Shown here: positions 40,001 to 52,038 of the stretch, piece after piece
Layout: each line of letters begins with the position of its first letter
How positions within the stretch are numbered: position 1 is the stretch's first letter
Assembly (NCBI GenBank): GCA_964035545.1
Contig: OZ037767.1
Coordinates: 3,922,707 to 3,986,706, forward strand
Direction: 5' to 3'
DNA: 64,000 bases
Origin: Bugula neritina
Lineage: Eukaryota > Animalia > Bryozoa
The notes under the pieces: generated by a model
The model's input: only the letters and a program-made list of their open reading frames with translations
What the model was told of the DNA's origin: nothing
Databases searched by the model: none
Made by a program: the position numbers and the translations under genes

Positions 40001-43000
40001 CCATAGTTCAAGGTTAATTAAACTTCAGTGTTGTTAGCAAAAACATTCATTTGCCTGCCATAACATTAATAGCAGCATTTGATTTAAATTCAAGTGTTAT
40101 TAGAATAAAGAACTCAATTGCAGATACTCTGGTAAAGATTGCGAGAAGCATGTATGTGACAGCTTGCCATGCAGAAATGGAGGCAGTTGCACAGGAAATA
40201 GTGTGGGAGGGTTTACCTGCTCATGCCCAGATGGATACAGTGGCCATCAGTGTGAGGTAGACGCCTGCAGCCCCAACTTGTGTGTCAACAATGGCAAGTG
40301 TAAGAGAGAGCCTAATGGCGCCTTTTCTTGCGACTGTCCTCAAGGTGAGCATGAGCTGTGATGATGTAAGCATGACTCATTGTGCCAATGAGAGAAATGC
40401 AGACTTTTATGAGTTTAAAATAAAACTGTCAAAAAAGATATCACAGAAGCCTTGAAATATATTTTTATGAAAGAAATAATTAGTTGCAAAAATAGCATAA
40501 CCAAAAGCCGTTTAGTTTACATTTGACTGCCACCCTTTCTTGGCACCAGCTTAACATATTGTAAAGATAGTACTAGTATTTGTTAAGCTTTCTATTCTGT
40601 TTATGCTGTAGAGCAGGGCACAATTAATACAGTGTAGATGCTGCATGCTAGAAAAGTTTCATTTTATACATATTGGTTTTTACATCATGCGAAGGAAACC
40701 TTTAGAAACAATTTATATGCTGCTTTGTTTTTACTAGAATTAAGGGGGTCTATCTGTGACCTATTCCAATTTTGCGGCTGAAATTCTATCAATTTTAGTT
40801 TATTAGAGTCTAGACCTAATGCTAAAACCTACGCTGTCACAAAAAAAGTTAATTAAAGCGCTTTATTATGACAATAATAGAACTGAAAAAAGTAGTAGAG
40901 TAAGAAATCAATTTTTTTTGGCTGTTTATCTTTATTACTATTTAAACAAAACGTGCTTTATAATGTTTCTATTAATTATATATAGCATTACTTTCAATGA
41001 TATCTGTTAATAATAACTTATAGTATATTTAATGGAATAATAAAAAGCTAAAACTGCAGCTTTCTTAGTTGCATTTTTATATTAACATGACAATGCAACA
41101 GTATTTAATTCCTAAAATATGCTTTTGACCTTAAATCTTATTCTTCCAGGTTTCTCCGGAACTACATGCAACATTGACTATTGTTCTTCATCACCTTGTG
41201 AGAATGGCGGCGTCTGCCAACTCTCAAACAATGGCTTCAGCTGTGTTTGCCCTCCAGGATTTGGTGGCAACTTTTGTCAGGTAAAAAGTTTAAACAACTA
41301 TGCAAACCTTTATGTACTCTTGAATGACATGATAATCAAAAGCTACTCACTTTAATTGGCTTTAAATTAAAAATATAAAATAATAGAATATACAAAGGTA
41401 CAAAATGGCTACTTCAGACTATGTATATAAAAAATTTTCCAGCTAATAATTTTAATAGTTCATGTATGAATTTGGGTTATGTGACAGTAAAATTTCACAA
41501 GGTTAGGTTATAATAGCAAATAGCCGGAGACTTTCAAAATTTTTATTTCACTCACTGTCTTTTAGGATGATCTCTGCAAACCAAATCCATGTGGCTCCAA
41601 TGGTGCATGCATTAGACTGAACAGGGACTTTGAGTGTAGATGTCATGATGGCTTCACGGGAGAATATTGTACTAAAGGTGGAGGAGTTATCTTTTCATGT
41701 ACTTGTTTTCAGTTAAATTCATATTTGAAAAATTATTTTAGGCTAAAAAAACTAAAATATTTTACCACAACAATGCTTAGTCAAACATACAGATAAAAGA
41801 TATTTGAAATAAAAAGCTACAATATATTACATTACATAATCAGCATTAGTAATTTATTAGGTCAGAGCAGATTAATCGTACTATATTTACTACAAGCAAA
41901 ATATATTAAACCTAAAAGCCTAAGGTTCATACATATACATATCTATATACATATACATATATATACACACATAGTGTATGTGTATATGTTCAACTTCACT
42001 ACTAACCTTGTTTACTGTTTTACTAACCTATCCTATATAACAAACGCAGATTTGTGTGACCCACTGGTAAACCCATGCATCAATGGTGGACAGTGCATAA
42101 GGCAACCTGGATCCTATCAGTGTGATTGCGCAAAAGGATATGGAGGACCCAACTGTGGCACGGATTTGTGTAAACAGAAAGCTTGCAATACAAACAACAC
42201 TATCTCAGGAATGTGTACTTACACCAAGAAAGGAGACGCTGTCTGTCCATGTGTACCAGGCTACACAGGAGAGCGGTGCCAGGTGGGTGTGGTCATGATG
42301 CTTACTTGTTAAACTAGAAAAGTTTACAAAGTGACAAAGTCTCTCTAGCTTAAAATGATTTAAATTAAGTATCCATTATTATAATTCATGTGCAAAAGAT
42401 ATTCCAGCATTTGCAAAGTAATAGACTACCTTTCAATTTGGTATCAGTTAAATTGGTCAGCTACAAATGCTTTTCATATAACCTAAAAAAACTTCACCAA
42501 CTACTCTTTCTCAGTTATAAAGAAATTTTTTCATACATAACCTAAAAGAACTTAGGACTAATTCTAATTGGCGATTTAAAGCAAGAATTGCAGTGAAAAT
42601 AAACATAAATTCTTTGGTTTGCCTCTATATACAAATAGGCAAGAAATTATAAAAGAACCTGGAATGAAAATAGCATGTTATTCATTGAAAATTTAACACT
42701 TATCAGTATATTATATAGGATATAGGAGATTTAGTATTTGAGTTTCTTCTTTCAGCATGACTTTAATGAGTGTGAGCAGACACCCTATCCGTGTGTTAAT
42801 GGCGCCTCTTGTGTGAACACTCTGGGCTCTTTCTACTGCCTCTGCCAGGATGGGTAAGTAGTTCTTACTACTCCACTAATATCTTGCATATCAGAGCATA
42901 TATATAGCATATTGGGTATTCATAATGTCTAAGCATTAGTACTTTGTCAGTGCCTATGCCACTCTAAATCTTCATAACAGAGACTATATCAACATTTGAT

Positions 43001-46000
43001 TGTGATTTTCACAAAAGACATGATGAACATGCAAAGACAATACTGCTAAGGCTGCTCTTAACGGACAGAAGTTTTCCTTTACACTAAGAGATCTAATACA
43101 TTATCAGATATCATTTACACGAATACTAATTTACAATTCAAGTTCATCTTGATAAAATTATTCATCGAAACTAAAGCATTTGGGAAATATTGTAAAAGCA
43201 TGCAACATAGTGCTAATAAAGGATTTTAAAGATGTATCTACAGTATATCTCTATATTACATGCAGATACACCGGTCTCTTATGCGACCAGAAAGTAAATT
43301 ACTGTGCAACCAAGCCTTGCGCTAACCGTGGAATTTGTGTCAGCAGTGATACTGGATACACATGTGACTGTCCACCAGGATTTAAAGGATCTAATTGTGA
43401 AATTGATGTCTGTAATCTGCCTTCTGTGTGCCTGTAAGTAATGTACTATTTTAAAAGAACTAAAAGCTATTTAGCCAATGATTGCCGCTGTAAGGTCAAT
43501 CAGTAAAAGTTTTTGTTTTAAAAAGGTAGAACTTATTAAGCGAAAATACACAAAATGATAATCGATTCTAGTACATATTATGTTTAGTTTTAGCACCCAA
43601 TGCATACTTATGTTTTTATATAGCACTTCAAGTAAACAGTCTCAAATGAATCTCTCAAACAATATAAATATTATTTTAATGGAAGTAACAGGTTGGAAAG
43701 AGGTTGTTATTACTTATGCTACATTTTTATATTTCAGGAATGGCGCTGTGTGTAACAGATTGCCAGATGGCAAAACCAATTGCACATGCCTACCAGGGTT
43801 TGTTGGAAATAATTGTGAAATTGAGCTCAATGAATGCTTATCAAGACCTTGCCAAAATAATGGTGTTTGCATAGATGGAGTAAACAGCTACAGATGCTCT
43901 TGTCCTCCAGGATACGGAGGAGCTAACTGCCAGATAAACTATTGTAATTCTAACCCTTGCATGAACAACGGGTTGTGTGTTGGTGCTCCAGGAGGTTTTA
44001 AGTGTGTCTGCGTACCTGGTTTTACTGGTAGTATTTGCGAAATAGACATTAATGAATGTGTATCTGACCCTTGTTTAAATGCTGGAATTTGTGTCAATCA
44101 AATTGCTGACTTTTCTTGTGCATGTCCAGCAGGATTTCAGGGCAAACGATGTGACATCGACTTATGCAACTTAAACCAGTGCTTAAATGGAGGAACATGC
44201 AACAGAGTAAATAATAGTGCAGGCTATGACTGCAGCTGTTTACCTGATTTTACTGGGCAAAGGTGTGAAACTAATTTTGATGATTGCATATCAAACCCAT
44301 GTTTTAACTTTGGAATTTGCAAGGATAGAGTCGCATCATATAGTTGTGACTGTCGAGGCGGATACAGCGGTAGCAGATGTGAAATTGATCATTGCTTTCC
44401 GAGTCCTTGCATTCACGGTCAGTGCATAAGAGATTTGCCAGGAAGTCATGATTGCCTGTGTATAGCAGGGTATACTGGAACAAATTGTGACACAAACATT
44501 GATGAATGCGCTTCAGATCCTTGCCTAAATGGTGGTGCTTGCCTGGATGGTATCAACAGCTACCAATGTAAATGCAAAAATGGCTATGGTGGAACCAACT
44601 GTGAAATAGACTTGTGCTCATTAAATATTTGTCAAAATGGAGCAACTTGTATAGGCAAACCTAATGGTACAGAGTGCATCTGTAAAAATGGATACTCTGG
44701 TGATCGATGTGAGATTGATGTTGACGATTGCAACCCATCCCCATGTCTTAACAATGCTCAATGTGTAGATGGAGTAGACAACTACACTTGTAAATGCAGT
44801 GCCGGTTATGGCGGTAAAAACTGTTCCATTGATTTTTGTTCAAGAAACAAGTGTAATAATAATGGTACATGTATTCCTTTGCCTAATGGATCATCGTGCT
44901 CCTGTGAACCAGGTTATACTGGCTTGCAATGTGAAAAGATAATAGATCAGTGCCAGTCATCCCCATGCCATAATGCTACTTGCATCAACAAGCTCACAGA
45001 CTTTGAATGTAAATGTAGAAGTGGCTTCACTGGCAAAACCTGTAATACAAACGTTTGCAAGCCAGAGCCTTGTATGAATAATGGAAAGTGCGTACATACT
45101 TTGAACGGGTTTAGCTGCATATGCATTCCAGGATACTACGGAGAAAAATGTCAGTATAACTACGATGACTGTCAATCTTCACCATGTATTAATGGTCAGT
45201 GTATTGATGGTGTAGATTCTTACACATGTGATTGCAATGCAGGCTACACTGGTCACAACTGTGACATTGATAACTGTACAGCCCTTCCCTGCCAGAACAA
45301 TGGCACTTGTGTGCGTCTACCTTTTGGTTCAAAGTCATGTACATGCCTCCCAGACTACACTGGAGCTTTATGCGAAATACAGATTGACAACTGCCAAAGC
45401 GATCCGTGTCTAAATAATGCTACATGTGTTGATGGCATAAATAATTTTCAATGTCAATGCCCAGGCGGATTCTTAGGGAAAAATTGTGACATAGACTTGT
45501 GTAAAACAAGCAAGTGCCAAAATAATGCAACCTGTGTTGGAGTCCCTGGTGCATACCGCTGCGCTTGTCAGCCAGGTTTCGTTGGAGGCTTGTGTCAAGT
45601 TGAGATTGATGAGTGCTCTTCAAACCCTTGTAGCAATGGTGGTAAATGTAAAGATCTGGTAAATGATTTCCAGTGCACGTGTGCTGCTGGATATACAGGA
45701 AAAACTTGTGATGTCATTATTGATGCATGCGTTTCTCAGCCTTGCTATAATAATGGTACATGTCTAAATTACATCAATAGTTATTCATGTGATTGCCCGA
45801 ATGGTGTTGTTGGAGACCAGTGTGAATTAAACTTATGTAAACAAAATCCATGTATGCATGGTAATTGCCTTCCTGTTAAGGGCGATTACATTTGCGACTG
45901 CCCCAAAGGATATAAAGATAAAAATTGCAGTACCGATATTGATGAATGCTTAAGCGCTCCTTGCCAAAATGGTGGCACATGTACAGATGACATTGGAAAT

Positions 46001-49000
46001 TTCTCTTGCAACTGCGCTGATGGATATTTAGGAAATGACTGTAGCATATATGCTTGCAACCTCAATGGACCATGTGTACATGGAATATGTCAGCCAACTG
46101 GAAATGGTTCAAGGTTCATCTGTAACTGCGATGTTGGATATTTTGGTGAACTATGCAACCAAAATTATTGCAAACCAGACCCATGTATTAATGGCAATTG
46201 TAAAGCACTTGCTACAAATTACACATGTCAGTGTAATTTTGGATACACCGGAAAAGATTGTGATTTAGATATTAATGAGTGTGAACAGTTTCCATGTCAG
46301 AATAATGGAACTTGTTTCAATGAACCTGGGTCATACTCATGCCAATGTTTGAATGGTTATGTTGGAAAGCATTGTGAAAATGACTTGTGCAACCCTGATC
46401 CTTGTAGCAATGGTTTATGTAAAGGAACTGTTGGAAACTATGAATGTGATTGCCAATTTGGATACTCTGGAAAGAACTGTGTCAACTACATTTGTGACAC
46501 TTGGCCTTGTCAAAATGGAAAGTGTATACCAGAAGGCGAATCAAATGGCACGTGTGTCTGCAACGCTGGTTATCAGGGCAAATATTGTGATGAAGACATA
46601 AATGAGTGTGCATCAAAACCCTGTCAAAATGGCGGCAACTGTACAGACTTGCTAAACGACTATGAATGTATGTGCGACAAAGGATATTGGGGTGACAACT
46701 GCGAAAATGATTACTGCAAACCAAACCCTTGCATGCACAACGGAACGTGTGAGGGGTTGACAAATGACTTCTTTTGTAAATGCCAAAAAGGCTACACTGG
46801 TAAAAATTGTTCAATAAATATAGATGAATGCAAAATTTCACCCTGTTTGAATGGAGCACAATGCATTGACACTGACGGTGGCTTTTTTTGTCAATGTACC
46901 CCTGGTTTCAACGGTCTCCTTTGTGATAACAACATTGATGAGTGTCAAAGCAACCCGTGTATCACTGGTAACTGCACAGATCAAATAAATGACTATCAAT
47001 GCTCTTGTCCTTTAGGAATTGTAGGGAAAAATTGCTCAAGAAACTTGTGTTTGCCAGACCCATGTGCGAATGGTGTTTGTATTGGTGTAGACTCTGATTA
47101 TGCGTGCATCTGTGATGATGGTTACGTTGGCAGACAGTGTAATGTCAGCCTGTGTTTAAACAACCCATGTGGATCAAACGGAACTTGTCTTAAAAAACCA
47201 AGCGCGTATGCTTGCAAATGCGACAAAGGTTTTGTTGGAACTAATTGCCAAGATGATTTGTGTACACCAAACCCATGCCAGAATGGAACATGCATACGAA
47301 GTGAAGGAAACTATTCTTGTTCCTGTAATGATGGGTTTTCAGGCGACAACTGTGACCAAGACCTTTGTCCAGCATGTCTCCATGGCACTTGTATGAGATT
47401 GCCTGACAATGCCGTGTGCACTTGTAATGCAGGCTGGAGTGGCCCTAGATGCACTATCAATATTGATGAGTGTTCCAAAATGCCATGTAAAAATGGTGGC
47501 AATTGCACTGACGGAATAGATGATTTCAGTTGCCAGTGCTTGGATGGTTACACAGGTAAAGATTGTGGACTTGATCTTTGCCTTACAGCGAATTGTCAAC
47601 ATGGAACATGTAATCGCCATCCAGGAGGAGCTAACTGTACTTGCAACCCTGGGTTCGGAGGAAAGCAGTGTTCAACCAATATTAACGAATGTTCATCTAA
47701 TCCATGTTTGCAAGGAGATTGTATTGACCTGATAAATGACTTTAAATGTGATTGCAATGATGGTTTCTATGGAAAATATTGTGAAAATGACTATTGCAAT
47801 GGTACAGTTTGTAATAGTGGAAACTGTGAACGAAAGCCTGACAATTTTACTTGCAATTGCTTTAGTGGCTTTATGGGAGAAAAATGCGAAACAAACATTG
47901 ATGACTGTAGCCCTAACCCATGCAAAAATAATGCAACCTGCTCTGATTTAGTTAATGGATTTTTATGTGATTGTTTGCCTGGTTTCTCTGGTAAAACCTG
48001 TAATGAGAATTTATGTGATCCATCTCCTTGCGTATTCGGAGAGTGTGTGCCAGTTTTAGGAAGTTACAAATGTAATTGCACTGAAGGTTATGGAGGTATA
48101 AACTGTGACACTAATATAGATGATTGTAAACCTAGTAGTTGTAAAAATGGAGGTACTTGCTTTGACGGGATCAACAGCTTTAGTTGTCAGTGTTTAGATG
48201 GGTTTTCTGGATCCACTTGCACTGTAGATGAATGTAGAGCTAATCCCTGCATAAATGGTGACTGTCAAAAAACTCCTGGAAACCGGACCTGTTTGTGTTA
48301 CTCTGGTTATGTTGGAGACTCTTGTCAGATTAATTATGATGATTGCCAAAATGATCCATGTGAAAACAATGGAACATGCATAGATCAAGTAAACGGATAT
48401 GTATGTAAATGCGAAAAAGGGTTCACAGGTCAAAATTGCAATGTAGACTTATGCAAACCTGATCCATGCAACAACGGCAAATGCCTACGAGAAGACAGTA
48501 GCTACAGCTGTTTGTGTGAGGCAGGCTGGTTAGGTCCACACTGTCAAGTTGATATAGATGATTGTCACAACATGCCTTGTAAGAACAATGCTACATGTTA
48601 TGACAAAGTCAATGGCTATGACTGTGCATGTATCCCTGGCTTTGGAGGCTTCGATTGCTCTGTAGATTTATGTAACCAAACTAACTGCGGATTAAATGGT
48701 ATCTGTTTGCCACAGAACTACAGCGCAACTTGTCAATGCAACGCAGGCTACACTGGAAACTCTTGTGAAACAAACATAAATGATTGTGTCAACCATACTT
48801 GCCAAAATGGAGGCATCTGTGTTGATGGGATTGAAAGTTACGCTTGTGCTTGTCCAGATGGAATGGTTGGCACATATTGTGAAACTAACTTATGCCAGCC
48901 TTCTCCATGTAAAAATGGAGTGTGCAATGCACTTCCTGGAAACTACAGTTGTAGCTGTCATGCCGGATATGAAGGTTATCATTGCGATATAAATATTGAT

Positions 49001-51092
49001 GATTGTGCTGCATCACCATGCGCAGCAGGGCGTTGCGCCGATTTGGTGAATGGATTCCACTGTTTCTGTCCAAAAGGAAGAGTCGGTGACAGATGTGAAA
49101 CAGATCTGTGTTCTCCATCACCCTGTGTTAGGGGTATGTGTCAACATGAAGTTGGAAACTTTAGTTGTCAATGCCCACCTGGATTCACAGGGAGGTTATG
49201 TGAAACTGATATCAACGAATGTTTGACTGCTGGATGTTCCGATAACTCTACATGCATTGACAAAATCAATGGATTTTATTGTGATTGCAACGAAGGTTTC
49301 ACGGGAACTACTTGTTCAATTGACCTTTGTGACCCATTAAACAACCCTTGCGCATTTGGTACATGTGAACGTCAAGACGGCAACTTTTCTTGTAACTGTG
49401 ACACTGGCTATACCGGAAGAAGATGCACGACTAATATAGATGACTGTTTACCAAGCCAATGTGTAAATAATGGAACCTGCATTGACCATATTGGAAATTA
49501 TAGTTGCAGCTGTTTACCAGGATATGGTGGAAGAAATTGTGAAATTGATTTCTGCGAAGCACCTAACCCTTGTTTGAATGGGATGTGTGAAGGCATTGAT
49601 GGAGGATTCAAATGCACTTGCCTAGCTGGCTACAGAGGAGATAAATGCGAGATTGAAATAGATGAATGTGAAAGTGATCCTTGTCAAAATAATGGTACAT
49701 GCATTGATGAAGTTGACAACTATTCGTGCATTTGCAAAGCAGGATATAGTGGCAAAAACTGTCAAGTGGATGCGTGTCAAGTTGATCCATGCCGTAACCA
49801 GGGTGTTTGCATTCGCCAAACAAACGGCTCAAGATCATGTCAATGTCAACCAGGCTATGAAGGTGATAATTGCAGTGTTGATACTAATGAGTGCAAGTCT
49901 GATCCGTGTAAGAATGGAGGCATCTGTATTGACAACATAAATCACTTTACCTGTTCCTGCAAACCTGGTTATAGTGGAGCCCAGTGCCAACAGTCAGTTT
50001 GTGACGCAAATCCATGCGGTGGAAAAGGTAACTGCACAGTAGGAGGAGCTGGACAGCCACTGTGTGCCTGCCACTTTGGATTTGAGGGGGACAAATGTCA
50101 GGTATGTAATACTAAAATACTAGCAAAAAGTTAGCATTATAATTCAAATTATATTGCTTGTCATTAGGTTTACATAATGAAAATATTTAATTACTTGGCA
50201 AAGCATGGTGAACAAAGGACCTCAGGCTAATTGGTGCCAAGTGTTTAATTTTCATTGAAGAGTGAATAGAGGCAAGAAAAATCTTTAAACTCACTATATA
50301 GTGAGTTTAAAGATTTTTCTTGCCTCAAGTTACTATATTATAGTAACTTTTATTGTTATACAACTATTAATGATTCTACCAAAGGTTATGCCTGCTTGTA
50401 GGTAATTAATAACCAGTGTGCTCTGTTTACCTGTGAAAATAATGGAACATGTAAAGGGGACCGATATGAAGCAGTATGTACATGCGAGAAAGGGTACGGA
50501 GGACTCAATTGTGAGAAGGTGAGAAAACACAGCCATTAATGAAGGCTTAAATGTTTAAATGCAAACACTATCATATTTCGGATTTGCTGTCAGAATGTTA
50601 CCAACATTAATCTTTTAATAATATACATAGATTTTCAAACATATTGTAAGCGCTTCAATCTAGCTAGCAATATCTTTGTACATATTGCTTGCAGTAAAAG
50701 TGCATGGATTATACAGCCAGAAGAGAGTTTTGTGTTCTGAAAAACAGTGCAAGAAGCACTGTAATAATTTAACAGCTAAATCTGCAAAAAGCAAAATTTT
50801 GAGTAGCTAGTTAGATGATTTTTTTTTAGAAAGCAACCTGAAGATGTGCACAAAGCACTATGTAGTATAATAGGTAAAGTTTCCATTCTAGTTTTATAAC
50901 TACATCAATGTGATATTGCAGCAAGTGTGTGAGACCTGTATTCGGCAAGGCAACACATATCAGGCCCAGGATGGAACAGGCTGCAAATCCTATCAAGAGA
51001 ATTTTGTAACCAAGGATTGTCCTCCTGGCCTGACATTCAATGCTAAGAGATGTGCTTGCATTGGAGACTACCTGAACACATGTGGTTGCTAA
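28071..51092 (+). CDS. Giant secreted multi-EGF-repeat (fibropellin/Notch-ectodomain-like) protein, ~3,782 aa, 28 exons, C-terminal chitin-binding type-2-like Cys motif
   Basis: Exons: 28071-28130 (signal MKLILLVTLAAVLIASGYSL), 29231-29312, 29724-29787, 30790-30941, 31309-31476, 31816-31929, 32225-32287, 32678-32851, 33337-33447, 33779-33947, 34481-34719, 35377-35617, 35981-36135, 36256-37112, 37379-37572, 38010-38213, 38469-38704, 39106-39400, 39803-39958, 40124-40344, 41150-41280, 41566-41677, 42050-42282, 42756-42853, 43266-43433, 43738-50101, 50402-50518, 50922-51092. Sum 11,349 nt, in frame. Continuous 6-Cys EGF repeats; no TM, LNR or ankyrin region. AATAAA at 51182 and 51212. Confidence 0.9.
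29452..29589. mobile_element. Short imperfect inverted-repeat element (MITE-like) in EGF gene intron 2
   Basis: aatggaatgttattacagcct ... aggctgtaataacatttcatt, with further partial complementarity inside. Confidence 0.55.
30155..30373 (-). mobile_element. tRNA-derived SINE-like element
   Basis: Minus strand starts GAGCAGCCGTGGTCTAGGGGTTATAGCAC (A-box-like) ... GGGTTCGAGACCC (B box), followed by a non-tRNA body (GGAAGAGCATCCAGTC...). The 3' end is approximate. Confidence 0.6.
34110..34207. repeat. 7-bp-unit degenerate tandem repeat (ttgccaa/ttgctaa/tagccaa)
   Basis: Directly visible in the EGF gene intron. It gives the spurious LAISNWQ ORF. Confidence 0.75.
43738..50101 (+). CDS. 6,364-nt exon 26 of the giant EGF gene (roughly 55 EGF repeats)
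   Basis: Core of ORF 43580-50134, bounded by acceptor atttcag and donor gtatgt. Confidence 0.92.
50269..50326. repeat. 58-bp perfect palindrome in the intron after the giant exon
   Basis: gaggcaagaaaaatctttaaactcactat|atagtgagtttaaagatttttcttgcctc, no spacer. Confidence 0.92.
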
Positions 51093-52038
51093 AGTACGAC
51101 TTCTGTAAACCCAATTTTTACTATATTATGTTTTTTCTTAGTTATTATTTCATCTACAAATCATATTAATTTTAATTCTTAAATAAATTGGAAAGATTTA
51201 CTTTTTAAACCAATAAATTACAATTTTAAACTTTGTGAAAAAAAAATTACTTAGATGTAGTCTGACTGCTATTCTTGTATTAACTGTATGAAATTATCCT
51301 TGTCAAATATAAAACTTGCGCTTTTGAACAAAACATCCTGGTTACTTTATTTTACTATAAAATATCTAAAATCCATAGAGCTTGGCAAAAATGAGCTCAA
51401 TTAATAGAAACACTATAGAATTTTGAATTACAAATAGATTTTTGAGAGTATAAAAAAACTGAAAATTGATTCACTAAAACAAGAAATAGGAATGACAAAT
51501 GTAACACAACGGAATAGCACAGAATAAAAAGTAAGAAATCAAAACCTAATTAAAATAATTTCTTAGCTCAGGAGAGAAATCTTAAATTACAAGAGCAAAC
51601 AATAAGGTGTACATAATACTAAAATATCATTGAAATTATATCATATTTTTTACACACGAAATGATTTACCAACAATGGTGACACACGAAATAAATTGAAA
51701 AGTCGAGTAGTCTAAAATGAATGGGTGGACTGCCATTTAATTACCTATATAGAAGCAGTAAAACATAATACAAGAATACTATGAAATAATACAATAATAC
51801 CATATAGTAATACAATATTACTATGCAACAATACAATATAGAATAGTAATACAACAATGCTACATAGCAATACGATTAAGTAATACAGTATCGCCATGTG
51901 GTAATACTACAATACCGCATGGCAATACGATAAACACTAAGTAGTAATACTATAATATCATATATTAAAGCTAAAACAGGTCGGCCTCTTTCATCAAAGT
52001 TTAACCATTCTATCTTTTGGGTAAATTATTATGAATTG

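Noticed and set aside
44217-49940. Many short alternate-frame and antisense ORFs within the giant exon
   Set aside because: Shadow ORFs of the repetitive Cys-rich coding sequence, with no independent features.
28071-51092. Calling the EGF gene Notch, Crumbs, Delta/Serrate or fibrillin
   Set aside because: No LNR, TM, ankyrin, laminin-G, DSL or TB domains are visible; it ends in a short secreted Cys module.
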